Shown: positions 30,728 to 44,699 of the stretch, one piece after another
Numbering within the stretch: position 1 is the stretch's first letter
How the letters are laid out: each line of letters opens with the position of its first letter
From: Eledone cirrhosa
Taxonomy: Eukaryota
NCBI GenBank assembly: GCA_964016885.1
Contig: OZ024743.1
Location: 216,442,001 to 216,506,000 of the forward strand
Reading direction: 5' to 3'
DNA length: 64,000 nucleotides
Program-made: the position numbers and the translations under genes
The notes under the pieces: generated by a model
Databases searched by the model: none
What the model was told of the DNA's origin: nothing
The model's input: only the letters and a program-made list of their open reading frames with translations

Positions 30728-31385
30728 TCTCTTTATATATAAAACGGAAGTTGTCTGTATGTGTGTGTGTATGATTTTTATGCATTTCCACATTTCTCTA
30801 CCGATTTTGATGATTTTTCCTCCAATGTGCTCCAAACTTACCAACGATGGTAAACACATAATAAACTTTGAAAAAGTTTCCTGCTTCTATGAAAAGAATC
30901 CATAGAACTAAATGCATGCTGTAACCTTATCTCTTACACGCTTAATCCCTCTCTCTACTACACTCAACAATCTATGAAACTACATACATGTTACAACTCT
31001 CTTTAAAAGATTCACCCCTCCTTCTACTCCCCTCTCAATCTCCTCTGCAACTCTCTTTAAAAAGTTAATCCCTCCCTCTACTACCCTATCACCATTACAG
31101 TTTACAACAGCGACAAACTTCGTTCAGGAAAGCGACATAAACTTTGAAAACTAAGCAACACATCAATCTATACAATAACAAATATAGATTTACGCACTCC
31201 GTCGCTCTTCCCTCTCTCTATAATTTAACTGGTGAGGAAGACATTGGAGTTCCGTAATGACTTACGGCTTTTCTGGGGCATTTTCTGGGGCTTATTGCAA
31301 ATAACTTGCAAAATAACACTTCATATAACAAATTAATGCTATAGACATATGAATCGGAATGTATAAATTATTTATTTTTTACGAA

Positions 31386-31390
<5 letters not shown>
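30728..31390 (+). mobile_element. Possible non-autonomous Helitron-like fragment
   Basis: A|TCTCTTTATATATAAAA...GTGTGTGT start resembles Helitron 5' ends. No 3' CTRR found. Confidence 0.3.
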
Positions 31391-31426
<36 letters not shown>

Positions 31427-31431
<5 letters not shown>

Positions 31432-31823
31432 AATCAGGAAAGAAGGTTGACATGGTTTGCTATACAAAAAAGGTTTTTAATCTCATAGCTGACAATTGTT
31501 TCTCTGAACTGGTAGGTCTAGAGTTCGCTATTCGCTTATTTTCACGTTACAGTCTACAGTATTCATTAAGTATACTATATCCTTCACAAGTCTATACCAC
31601 ACAAATGTCTGTAAGTACCTCATCTACCCACAAACTTATTCCTTCTCAGCTGCTGCCATCATTTGATCCTAAATCCTAGTTTTTCTCAAATCACTACTAC
31701 AATGTAACTTTACCTTCTTTTTGTCATAATTACAATTAGCACGCTTATCTCTTTGCATGTATGTATATTTTTGTACGAGTGTATATTGATGTGTATGTAT
31801 GTGTCTATGTACACATGCTTGTG

Positions 31824-31886
<63 letters not shown>

Positions 31887-32597
31887 ATATGCGTATATTA
31901 CTTCGTTAACCTCTGTATTAACTCAACAACTATTTAGCTTTGACAGTGTTGTCCCACTCATGTATGCTATTGAAGATGAAAAGAAAGACTGTAAACACTG
32001 GCTTATCTTTATAATTTAAAATTGATACACACTTCGATACTCTGTACATGCCAAACTCTTACTTTTGCCTCATAACAGCTAGTTTTACACGCCGTAATGT
32101 TAGATACATTATACCCCCCACCTAAGTAATGTCAGGGTCTCCTCAAATAATTTATTAATAGCATTGTTGTAATTGTTGTTATTGTTCTAATTGAATGCCA
32201 TTACTACTTCATATAGTAGCCTGTATATTCTTTTCTTGCCTGTGTATTCTCTTCATTCTCGCATGCTCCGAAGATCTGACTGGTTATAATTTTGTATTGG
32301 CGATCGAGTAACGTGAAAATAAGCGAATAGCGATCTCTAGACCTACCAGTTCAGAGAAACAATTATCAGCTATGAGATTAAAAACCTTTTTTGTATAGCA
32401 AACCATGTCAACCTTCTTTCCTGATTTATTATTACTCCAAGTGTTTACAACATAGGAATTACGGCATACCCGCAGTATCACTATGAAAACGCCTTGTTGA
32501 GTCAAACCAAGCCAAGCGTTAATATCATCCACTACCTGGAATACCATAACTGGACTATACCTAAGTGGACTGCATTTAACTATTATTTGTTACCCCG
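31427..32597. mobile_element. pLTR-like element with inverted arms (31427-31550 and 32308-32430)
   Basis: Arms are reverse complements, (TA)n on both flanks, hammerhead at 32262-32374. Confidence 0.8.
32262..32374 (+). ncRNA. Hammerhead motif with about 80-nt stem II and CCGAAGA core
   Basis: CATGCT CCGAAGA TCTGACTGGT...ACCAGtTCAGA GAAA CAATTA TC AGCtATG. The mirror arm has the palindrome ACAATTGT and a GUC site. Confidence 0.65.
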
Positions 32598-32678
32598 TAT
32601 ATATATATATATAAATGGAAAAGAATTAAACGAAATTTCATTTCTCACTCTTAGTGTGTACGTATGTACGTATACATA

Positions 32679-32776
<98 letters not shown>

Positions 32777-32788
32777 TATATATATGTA

Positions 32789-32865
<77 letters not shown>

Positions 32866-33279
32866 GTGCGAGTGTGTGTGTCTGTGTGTGTGTGTGGGGG
32901 GGGGGTATGTGCCTGTATGTATTTATGTATAATTGACAACACAAGATTAATTACTTCACACCAAAAATGAAATTACAATTTTGATTTCTTTCTTTTTTCA
33001 GATACGAGTACGTTTTTAGAAATAGTCATGATTATTTAAATACTTTTTGTAATTAACCGTTTTGTCTGAGTAGCTTTTCAAAAGTTTCATTTTGCTGTAT
33101 GTTGGATCAATATATTTCTCATATGTTGCAACATTCTATGTTGGAATTCTGCTCTCACATGTCATTCTTTGGTCGCTTATGATTTTGCTAAAAACATGAA
33201 CGTAACTATTTGAATCGTTGGCGCTAATGTTGAGGAAAAATACAATCTATCACAATGGACATAACTCCGGTTTGACTAA

Positions 33280-33700
33280 GTATTAAACGTTCTATATAAC
33301 GAATAAACTTTACGTTTAAACTTATAAAAATATTCACCTTCCGGAGGCGTTCTTTCTCCGTTGTAGTGTATCTACATTCGTAGAATGGAAAAAAACATCG
33401 AAATTTAGCAATGTTTGTCCTTTATATGTTGGCTAAGAGATACCTTTCTGGTGGACAGATCCCTAATTCGTTTATGCTGAACTGTGATACTTTGTCGGTG
33501 AATCAGGCCCGTTTGTCCGTGGCAGTGTTTACTTGCAACCTTTACATGTTATTATGGATATGAAAATCTCCGAGTTGTTCGATGAGTAATTTTCAATTCT
33601 GAAAGTAGGTTGTTTGAAGGAAAATTCGTTGTTGCAAACCTAGCAATTAGGTCGGTTGCATCTTTTCAATTCGAGCCACGTAATTCCGATTTGTAGATTT
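33280..33700 (-). pseudogene. Highly degenerate GIY-YIG endonuclease fragment (PLE)
   Basis: Pieces HGQTGL, ITVQHKRIRD, SLSQHI, FFPFYEC and RLRKVNIFI across frames resemble 60735-61000. Confidence 0.4.
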
Positions 33701-34939
33701 TGCATTCGTTAGTAAACTCTTACTGAGTTTAGAACTCTTTTACATTTATTATTAGGATATAGTTCTAAGAATTTTTTAATACTTTTTTCGCCTTTAGTAG
33801 TATAGATAGGATTAGTTTTTTATGTGTGTAAATTGTTGTATTGTGTGGAGAAAATGTTGACGTATGTGGTATGAAGGTTCTTCTGTTTATTTCGCTTTTT
33901 TGTTTCACAGTATAATTGGATAATAATTTGCTTTGCATTTTGAATACTGCTGGTCATTAAATTCTGATGATATGTTCTCCTGACAGCCAAAAACAACATT
34001 AATGCTATCACTACAAGAAATGTAACAGAAGTAAGCATCTAAGATCACAGTAATCTGAATAATAACAACACACAAACGGCAATATAAACCACAATATGAT
34101 CATCAATAAAAAGAACAACATGTTTGCATCAACTCCAGGTAAACCAACCCGACTTTTGTTATGAGCATTATTTAAAGACGGCCAAATTAATCGAAATGGA
34201 AAAAAACATAGGCCAATGAAGGTGTGCCGTCCGAGGTGTTAGCTGAAACTGCCAAAATGACTCCAATTTATCAATGCCGGGAGCAGACAGAAAGAGTGCT
34301 TAAAGGGAAAATGCCCGACATTAAACATGTCAAAATAGCAATGCTTTTTATATGTGAAGCCCACGTGTTGGTCCTTTGTAGAAGCGAAGATTACGTTATT
34401 TACATTTGCACAAGAAGAATCCAAGCATGCAGACATACAAAATCATTAACAGCTAATCAAACACTCACACCAAATGTTGAGCTAGTGATCATCCTGGATC
34501 CGGAAGGTAAGTTTGGATTAAAAATTTACAGGTTAACTTGACTTTGTCTCTGCCATCAAGAACACTATCTGGGGCATACTGGTAACACATATTGGAACAA
34601 AGATATCCATTATTGTTGCTCATTGAACAGTGAATTTGAATAGAAAACGGAGGGCAGACTTGAACAAAACAGACAAGACATTGTATTTATGCATAGAGAT
34701 AGCATTGGAATCCAGATTATTGATGTCGCCAACCTCGGAGACTAAAGCATAACCTGCAGTGTCATGTCATCACATGCACAGATCAGAAGCAAGAAGTTCC
34801 CGCTATTTTAACCCTGGTTCACATTTAACTGTATATTCGAGAATATTAATGTCTTTTGATTATTAGGAAAATAATTTATTAATGAAGAATCTTTTATAGG
34901 TTGGAAGCTGAAATACCTGTTTGTATTTCATTATACGTA

Positions 34940-35908
34940 CTAGCAGAAAAACCGCCCACGACGTTTTTTATTTTGCTAGCATATGGAGTGTGCATATTGG
35001 TATTATACGCAAATATATATGCATATAGATATATGTAAATTGAAAAGAAAATTGACAATATCTTCTTCGCCCACTTATTTCTGAGGGGGTCGTGGGGGCA
35101 GAGTCCTTCTCAAACACTCCTTCCAGCAAGTCTGTCAGTGACAAACATCTCTAACTGATCCAACTGGATCCCAAAGCGTGACCAGCCAAGCTCATGGATG
35201 TTATCCAACTATTCTGCTGAGAGTCTACCTCTGGGTCTCTTGCCGGTTGGTTTTGCCTGTAAAATGTGTCCAGTGATATTTTACTGAGACATTCTAACCA
35301 CATGCTCATAATATCGGAGTTGTGATCCCTCAATCCGGAGAAGTAGCGGCTCTACCAGGAGTGACTCTCTGGTATCTGAGCTATGCACTTTATCGAGTAA
35401 CGTTACTCCAAAGACCCTTCGGAGGAATCTCATTTCTGCCACTTTTATTTGCAATTGTATTCCGTTGGTCATTACTCAAGACTTTGTGTAACTATATATG
35501 TGTGAATGTATGTGTATTTGTGTGTAAGTATGTGTATATGTATGGTTGTGTGAAAGTATGTATATTTGTGTGAATTAAGTTTGCGTTTGCGCGATTATTG
35601 TTATATACTCATACATATAGATGTCTGCGTGTAGAACGTCATTATCTCTCTATCTCTCTCATCACACACACTCACTCTTTCTCTCTATATATGGTAGTTG
35701 AAGTAGTGGTGGTGGCGACGATATACCGGAAGTGCAGCTTTGAAAAGATGTCAATTTGAAATTATTTATTTTTACGAATTTATTTTTGTTTACATAAATT
35801 ATGTAATATTCATTCATTATTTATTCAAAGTAATCCAACTTATTTTACAAACTGGATCAAATAAAAACCGTACGCAATCCCGCAGACCTTCCTTTATTAT
35901 AGTTTAGA
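34940..35908 (-). mobile_element. Possible non-autonomous Helitron carrying an RTE fragment
   Basis: The minus strand starts A|TCTAAACTATAATAAAG and ends CTAG|T, an AT target without a duplication. The subterminal hairpin is weak. Confidence 0.4.
35110..35490 (-). pseudogene. RTE-clade LINE 3' fragment
   Basis: AEMRFLRRVFGVTLLDKV...LRIEGSQLRYYEHVVRM followed by an RPRGR-like motif. Confidence 0.8.
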
Positions 35909-36979
35909 TTGTGTGGGATCTTCGCTGTGTGAGGGTTGAGTGGTTGTGTGCGTGTGGCGTTAGACGTTTCCAATGACCAAATAAATATTGAAGGTGATAT
36001 AACATAATTCAATAATGGTTTTACATAAATCTAGACACATAAACGTTTCATGAGTTTTGATTTTAATGAGTTGACGTATTTCCAAATCCAATCTCTATGT
36101 TTTATATATGAAAATATCAAATTTATTAAACTTATAAAATCTGCCAATAATACATTTATATTTATTTACTGCTCGATTAAAAATTATTATTAATTCTGTC
36201 AAAAAGTGTGCTAACTATAATATTATTCAGAGAAGTTTTGTTTCTTACTCTTCATAAGAACTTTGAAATTAAATTATATTTCTAAATGTTCATTGTTTTT
36301 CTTCAAATTAAAATTTTGCTATCAGTAATTAAAATATCTGTTTTCCTTGTTCCTTTTTTTTTCTTCTTTTCCTCGCGGTTGTGTTTTGTAACTTCAAAAT
36401 GTTATGTTAATTTTTGTGTTACATAAAGTAGAAATGCATCACATGTATCAAATAATGATTATGTTAAGTTATGTAGTTAGTTTCTTTCCAGCGTGAAGAT
36501 ACTGCATTCAACAACTGGCCCTTAGACACTATATAGCCTATAGATTTCAAAAGGAAATTACACATTAAAACTAGACACAACTAGAAAATAGAATAGTCAC
36601 AGCTGGAATATTTTAACCGTAGCTCTGCTGGAGTAGAGAGTATTCTAGGTAAAGAATTAAATCAGGAAGAACGTTAAATATATCCGTATTAATGCATACA
36701 TAAATTACATAGGTATCAATGAGAAAAATATATTGTCACATGACCTATTACAAATGGCAGTCAAATGGTTTTTCAAAATGTACCGTTATTAATGTTGATC
36801 AACAATTGTTAAAATACTGAGTAGTTGCGGCTTCATGTCTTTTACATGTATGATGGATCAGTCATTATTTCGGGGCTAAGAAGAAATATAATGTGTAGCC
36901 CCTTGGGTAGGTGTGTCAAAAATAATGTCAGGCTGATGAATAATTTATGTGTGAATGGAGATTTAATCGGCTCAGAATC

Positions 36980-37040
<61 letters not shown>

Positions 37041-37719
37041 ATGCGTGTGAATGTGCTTGTGTGTGTTTGTGTATGAGGGTGTGTTTGGGTGTGTGTGTGT
37101 GTGCGTGTGCGTGTGTGTGTGTGTGTGTGTCTCATTTGAGAGCTTCCTATTGTGTTGATGCAGATGAGGGAACACACCAACTTTCTGATTTTGTCACAGA
37201 ATAATTTACTTAGAGATTTTTTAAATGAAATTTAACAAATTTCAAATCAAATATACACATACAGACACAATAAAGATATAACTCACACTCAATCTATTGA
37301 TAAGGAGATACTTTGATCGATAGTCCGCCTACTCTTCTATACTTTAGCGGATTAATATTATCTTTGTGGAATTAGATTTTTTTTTTCGTTAAGACTTCAT
37401 TCTCCGTATTATTATCAATAATTATTATTATTATTGTTATTATTATTATTTTTTTTATTACTATTATTATTACTATTTTTATTACTATTAGTATTATTAT
37501 TATCATCGTGTTGTTGTCTTTGCTCTTGTTTATATTAATAAACAGAGCAAGAAAAACAGGAAAGAAATGATAAAAATTGACGATGCTTTGTTGGTGGTCT
37601 TATCAGATTTGTACTGACTGGCTTTTGTGTTGTTTCCGATTCGTTAATCTCTGAGATTATGTAGATATATGTTGCTGTTGACGAACGAACGAAGGTAAAC
37701 TCAATAACCATGTTGTAGA

Positions 37720-37843
<124 letters not shown>

Positions 37844-37989
37844 GGGGGGAGAGAGAGAGAGAGAGAGAAAATGTGAGCTGAGCGAGTGCGAGAGGAACAA
37901 ATAAAATTGCGACTGTGACACAAAGCGGTTTAGTCTTGTGTAACACAGAGTGAAAATACTTGGCAGTTTTTGGTGTAGTCGTTTGATCA

Positions 37990-38230
37990 AACGATCATCC
38001 ACAAAACTCATGAGCTACGTATGGTCCCTCAAGGAAGCAAGTGTAGACTACTCCATTCAATGGAAAGCCATCAGTAAGTGCAGGCCATACGCAAGGGGCA
38101 ATCCGTCTTGTGGACTGTATTGAAGAAAGGATAAATTTGTTAAGGAGATTAAGCAATAACGATTGCTTAAATTCAAGTTATGAAATCTCCTCACGTCGTC
38201 CACATGTCTGGAAACACCTCTTGCATAATT
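37990..38230 (+). pseudogene. C-terminal fragment of a PLE GIY-YIG endonuclease
   Basis: STKLMSYVWSLKEASVDYSIQWKAISKCRPYARGNPSCGLY* aligns with TTLANKTWQLRE...YTLKWKTLSNAPPY...CRLC in ORF 40044-40319. Confidence 0.7.
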
Positions 38231-38393
38231 TCGCCCGTGGTTTTGTATCGCTTGGGTGAAGTGACCGCTTCTGCGCATGTGCGTTAATACGGTTGTTCTT
38301 CCTGTTCAATGTAACCATGTCCACTCCGAGTTGAAGATCCGCATAAGGTAAAACAATTGTTCTAGGTATGGTGCACTAACTGTTGTGTTACTA

Positions 38394-38449
<56 letters not shown>

Positions 38450-38453
<4 letters not shown>

Positions 38454-38503
38454 AGTATGTATGTATACGTACATACATATATGTATATAGACGTGCAGTA
38501 GCA

Positions 38504-38547
<44 letters not shown>

Positions 38548-38977
38548 CAGGTACACATACATATATGCACGCATCAGTTTAGCGGACGCTTATTATAACG
38601 CCGCTTTGTTCGTTTGTCAACATACTGAACAGCCTGAATTTATGCTATACGGTGTTAAGGCAACCACGTCACCTTTTTGTTCAACACTGACACAGGAACG
38701 ATGTACTAGTTTCAAGCTTGTTAGCTATCATCAGCACCGTTTACCCATCTGCCAGATAGTTGAACGTTCGAAAGTATATACTTTCCTTATGAAAATTAAC
38801 GGCTGAGCAGCCTAATTTGCATATTGAGTGAGTTAAATCGGTCAGGCATACCGAAAACGATAAGTTGAAAAAAAATGAAAACGAAATTATATTTCTCACT
38901 CTTAGTATGGCACTTACTTAAATGTAAGTATGTATGTATACGTACATACATATATGTATACAGACGTACAGTATGCA

Positions 38978-39053
<76 letters not shown>

Positions 39054-39272
39054 CAGGTACACATACATATATGCACGCATCAGTTTAGCGGACGCTTATT
39101 ATAACGCCGCTTTGTTCGTTTGTCAACAAAACCTGTATGTATATATATATATGCATGCTACTGTACGTCTGTATACATATATGTATGTACGTATATATAC
39201 ATACTTACATTTAAGTAAGTGCCATACTAAGAGTGAGAAATGAAATTTCGTTTTCATTTTTTTTTCAACTTA
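38450..39272. repeat. Diverged member of the 2.6-3.9 kb hammerhead array family (tandem minus units plus an inverted end)
   Basis: Shared blocks TTCAACACTGAC and TTTGCATATTGAGTG; internal duplication 38452-38620 / 38926-39127. Confidence 0.8.
38697..38741 (-). ncRNA. Minimal type I hammerhead ribozyme, intact core
   Basis: Reverse complement reads AACGGTG CTGATGA TAGCT-AACA-AGCTT GAAA CTAG TA CATCGTT, with a 7-bp stem I. Confidence 0.82.
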
Positions 39273-39298
39273 TATATATATATATATATATATATGTA

Positions 39299-41052
39299 TA
39301 GGATAAAAGAGAAAACACAGGTAAGCATTAAAAAAAGGATTTTATTCAGGTATTTACGACCGTTTCATTGGTAAGTGCAACCTTATATTGCTATACTGCA
39401 AATAGAAGCCACTCAATAATAATTGTTGTACACGTCCAAATTTTCAAAATAGTGAATAAGTTACACTTAACAAGTTCTTAATAAATAGAGAAACACATTT
39501 TTTGGAATTGAATTTGCTATTATAGAGAGAGAGGAAGAGGAATTAGAAAGTGGAGGGACAAAGGGAGAAGTATAGAGAGAGAGGAAGAGGGAGAGAATTA
39601 AGAAGTAGGGTGACAAACTGAGATGGAGGGAGAGGTATAGGTGGAAGGAATCTTTGATCAGTTTTGATATATGTAGACATGATGTCGTTGATTTAGAGTG
39701 TAGTGAGTTAAAGAGAATTAAATTGTTTATAGTGGGAGGGATGGAGAGAGAGAGAGAGAAAGAGAGAGGGGAGAGATAGATAGTTATATATATATATAAA
39801 TAATAATAATAATAATAAATAAATAAATAAATAAAATAAAGACGGGGGGGGGAGAAAGAAGAAAAGCAAAGACATAAAAAAAGGAGAGAGAAGAAAGGAA
39901 GAAAACGAAAATAAATAGAAAAGGAATGAAGGAGAAGGGAGGGATGTAGGTATTGGTTTTTGTGGGTAATTAAAGGGGTTGTATACAATAAGAGGGTAGA
40001 ATGTCTAAGTATATGCAGTTTGTCAGGTGGTAGTAGTAAGAGGTTAAGGATTCGATTTGCACTTGTAGTGCAAAAACTTTTCTTTCAGTCTATGGTTACA
40101 ATAAATCGATCTTTCAATTTTATTGTTGAGTAACTTATTCTTCGAACTCAAAATGTGGAACAGGTCAAGGTCACACAATCGACAGCTTCTCATACCACTC
40201 CGATATGGGGGCGCGTTCGATAATGTTTTCCACTTCAGGGTGTATTGATGGTTACTTTCCCTCAGTTGCCAGGTCTTGTTCGCAAGGGTAGTTACATAAC
40301 GATGCTGGGAATGTTCCATTGATTAACGGTGTGTATACCAACGAGCTTTAAATGTATTCCCAGTCGCTCCGATGTAATACCATTTCTGGTTGTCTGATTC
40401 CACTGTGCATTGTTAAACCAGATTAGACTGCATACATTCGTTATGTAATGGACAGGTTTCAGGTAGGTGGCAATTACAATTCTTGTCATGGGCAACCTTG
40501 GCATTATTAGTGGCCTGCGATACCTGTACAAGTGTGTTATGTCTTCTTTGCCTATTAGTGGGTGGTTGTGTATTAGACATTCGGTTGTGTTCAATGGTAA
40601 TTGTATTGTTATTGTTATACATTTGTGATCTGGTGTTGTTACGTATCATTTTAGTGTTAAGCATCTTAATGTGTGCCTCTATGTTTGGTGCCGTGGAGTA
40701 AGATAGTCTAATAGATTTAGTGCTAAGGATTTAGTGTTTGTCACCCTACTCCCTAATTCTTCTCCCCATTCCTCTCTCTCTCTACTACTACCTTTCTCCC
40801 TCCACTTTCTAATTACTCTTCCTCTCTCTATACTAGCACATACAATTCCAATAAATGTTTTTCTCTATATATTAAGAACTTTTTAAGAGTAACTTATTCA
40901 CTATTTTGAAAATAGGACGTGTACAACAATTATTATTGAGTGGCTGCTATTTGTAGTATAGCAATATAAGGTTGCACTTACCAATGAAACGGTCGTAAAT
41001 ACCTGGGTAAAATCCTTTTTTTAATGCTTACCTGTGTTTTCTCTATTATCCA
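39299..41052 (-). mobile_element. 5'-truncated PLE (GIY-YIG remnant at 40044-40730) with an inverted pLTR
   Basis: CNCHLPETCPLHNECMQSNLV, WYYIGATGNTFKARWY, CRLCDL. Arms 39299-39600 and 40775-41052 are reverse complements. Confidence 0.85.
39351..39451 (-). ncRNA. Hammerhead motif, U3-A8 core with about 75-nt stem II (mirror copy at 40902-41001)
   Basis: Reverse complement reads TATT TTGAAAA tTTGGacGTGtaCAAC...GTTGCACttaCCAAt GAAA CGGTCG TA AATA. Confidence 0.7.
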
Positions 41053-44000
41053 TTACACTCCAAGATTGAACGTGATTCTTACAAACTTGTGGAGTTACCC
41101 CTAACCGTACGCTGAAACCGTTCACGAAACCGGCTGTCTTAACCACGAACTGGATCACAATAAGCAATTTTTCTGCTTCCCTCTGGGTCCTGTATTTTCG
41201 TTGCTCTAGTGATGCGGCTGGACTGCCCACCGCCATATCTGATTTGCTAAGCTGTCTGAACGTATTGTTATTTATCTGGGTTTCTTTTTACCCATCCGAG
41301 TGCTAAAGCTACAGACCGATTCTGCATTCGTTAGCTTGGCCGTGTTCTAAAGCTTCGTTAATGATGTACTAAAACGTATATATATATATATATATAACAA
41401 GGGATATAAAGAGAGCCGACGAGAGAGTGGGAGAGGGGGGAGAGAAAGGAAGATATTTTTAATCTTGAGTAAAAAACGGAGAACTGTATAAGTGTTATAT
41501 AGCCTACATCATATATGTATACGTGTGAGTGTGTGTGTCAGTGCGTGGTGTGTGTGTGTGTGTGTCAGTGCGTGGTGTGACGAAAATCTCCGTGGAAAGG
41601 AAAGGAGAAAAAGCAATGTATCTAGTGCAAGAGAGGTAATTAAATACCATTTACACGTGTGACATGTATTTAGTTACCTTACTCCTCAAGGCACTGGCGT
41701 CACAGTGACTCCAGACTGCACATTGTGGTATTTATTGCAATATGCTTATGTGTGAGGCTTAAGCCTAATAATTCCTCAGGCCAGAGTTTATGTCTGAACG
41801 ATATATTTTTATAGAGTTGTGTGTGGAAAAGGGCGACAGCCAGAGTAAATGAGTTGATATATTTTCTAAGGTAGACGAAGCAAAAGGGATTGTTGTGTTG
41901 TATGTTTCTATGTCCGTCTTTCCATTTTGTTCTTTATATTTCAGGTCAATTGATAGTTTAGTGTACGTTTTGGGAAACTGAGTGCATGAAAAACAAAAAT
42001 AATATTAATGTGTTGCAATTATGCCAGATGAATCACTTGCGTTTATGCTGACTGTGTACCAGGACTGTGTGTCTTCTATGAAGAAAGCAGTGACCTTTTA
42101 GTGGTAAACACCCTGTTAACACCCTGTTCTTAGAGATAAGGTAATTTTTGATACGTTCATGAATGGAATACAAATATCTTCCGTCTGCCTCAGAATTTGG
42201 CAGTGAAAGACAGTGATAATGATAGGTTAGAATCCTCCTTCTACATCTATGCATACTACCTTCCTTCCTCAACCTGATTCCATTTCCCCTCTTTATGTTG
42301 GTGGAGTTGTGCATAGGTATTAATGAAAATGGTTGGTTATAGTTATTCTACTCCAAATCAACACATATGGATCTTCCCATCTCTGACTTATTATCTTTAT
42401 ATATGCAGAGTAACTAATATGCGATCCGATTTGTCCTTTTCCTAGATTGAAAAAAAAAAAGAGTTTAGACGAATGTGTCTGCTATTTCTAGCAGTTCGAG
42501 AGACTACTTAATTTCCTGATTGACTCGTGTTCAATAGATATGAATATTTTTATAGTGGGCATTAGGGTGATTGTTGTGGTGCTAGATATGAATGCCGCAG
42601 CACTGCTTTTGATTCGGATGATGATCCTGGTTTTCCGGTGATGATGATGATAATGATGAATTGAAGACGAGACAATAATAATGAAAAATTTAAGAAAAAG
42701 AACGAAAACATGATTGTTAACCAAGACCACATAGACAACATATACTAAAACAAATTAACTCATAATACAATATATCTTTTTTTTTTAAATCAAAAAGCCA
42801 ATACAGAAAAAAAAAAGATGGTGTAATGAGATGTGTGGTTGGAAGAAGTGTCGTCTGATTCAGTGACAATCAGTAATGAAATAATATTGATTGGAAAACG
42901 GATAAAAAAAGTAATCAACTAGAATGATGTGTTGGTATAGATGTAAGGTTATATATAGTGGGCGAGGTGATGTCTGTACTAGTTGTTGATGATGGTGATG
43001 CTTGATAACATTGCAGGATCATTGTGGTGGAATACAAATAGAAATACTACTGAATAAATATTTCTTTCAGAATATGCATCAACGCCTGTCGCTCAAGTAA
43101 ACTCAATCTTGTGTTAACGTTTGTAAACGATTCTAAGGTATCCTTCTGTGTAAACAGAACTGCAATTCAAGATAGCATAAGTTTCTATGAGGAGTAATAT
43201 TCATTCATTAACGCTATTACGTCAATGTATACTAATACCAATGATATATTTATATATCATATCTTACTTGCAAGAAATTTGACATCTTCTAATATATTTC
43301 TTCAAACGTTTTATGGGTTACTTCATGCATAAACATCTGAGCAAATATGGGTATGCTATTAGAAGATGGCTATCGAGGAAACTCCCCATTTTATACGAGA
43401 TTCGGCTGACTACGAAGGAGTTATTCTTGAACTGTGAAATGTTACATGTATTAATATCAATCCTTCTTATTAGTAAATGTATTGTATCTTTCCAGAGACT
43501 ATGCTGAAAAATAAACCTCAATTGGCCATTCCATAAGAATATCTTAGTCAGCCTATGAAATTTTCAGCCAAATATCCTACCTCATGATGAGACTGAAATT
43601 TGCAGTGATATTCCGTGGGCAGATCAAGTAGCACTGAATTTATTAAAACTATAAATGCAATATTAAAACACAAATTCACTGAATACAAAGAACAGATATT
43701 TTTAAGTGATCTGAAACATCCAATCATCTATTTCCAGGAGGTGAAATTCTTATTATCTAAGATTTTTGTTATCATAGATATAACGTTTCAAATAGTATTA
43801 AAACTTTCAAATGAGATGCTATTATGAATATTTGCAGAATTAAAATGTATTTAATTTACTTTTTTTTATTATGCTGCTTCAATGTAAGTTTGTTCTTCAG
43901 TAGTGTGACCTAGACAACGATATGGCAATTAATGTGTTACACAGTTTTCATTTTATTATTATTTATAATTGGAATGATTATTCGTTATCTAACAAACTAT

Positions 44001-44699
44001 GCATTTATAATTGCAAAAGCCCTAACTTTCTCAAGTTACAGTATTTTGCTGTTCTGGAAGTTTAATGATGATTGCAAATGATAAAAAAACTTCAAATTGT
44101 ATATCTATCTGTGGGAGGATCTTTCAAAAATTTATATATTTAACTAGTTCTTTAAGATCTAGCAAGATGTTCCATGTAGTGAAGCAGCTGAACTTTCTAT
44201 ACATAGAAAACAAATGTCAACTTACATTACAGACGATCTGTAGCTACATGGTAATCTCTGCACAAGTTGGTAAATTAATTGGCCACAATGATAACTATAA
44301 TGATGGCAATAATAAACGGAAACAAAAGGAAAGATTAAATATGGAAATATAGACAAAAAGAGAGAGAAAGAAAGAACGGGAAAAAGGAGGATGATTGGGC
44401 TTTCGGACTAGGGCAAGAGGGCAAATGTGCTGCACCCCGCGGACAGGACGGCAAAAGCATTCCCGCGGACGATGGCCAGTGACACCCGCCGCAACAGCCA
44501 CCCAACCTCGCAAGGCTCCCTCCTCAGACGGGCCGACGACGCCCCGATCTTGTGGAGAAGTTCGGCAGTACGGGGTCCAAGTATGTTTGAGCTCGCGAAA
44601 GTGACTGGTGCGAAGAAGAAGCGTCAGGACACGCCTCAGTATTTGTTGATTTTACGTTCTTCTGCGAGGCGGACCGTGATGCCAGGATTTGTGGCCGAA

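Noticed and set aside
38326-38366. TTGAAGA...AAAACAATTGTT downstream of a GIY-YIG fragment
   Set aside because: U3-G8 mismatch and loss of G12. Probably a dead hammerhead, so not counted.
41930-44350. Possible host exons (polypyrimidine-AG sites near 41944 and 43069; ORFs 43313-43827)
   Set aside because: No recognisable domain or consistent exon chain. RNA-seq would be needed.
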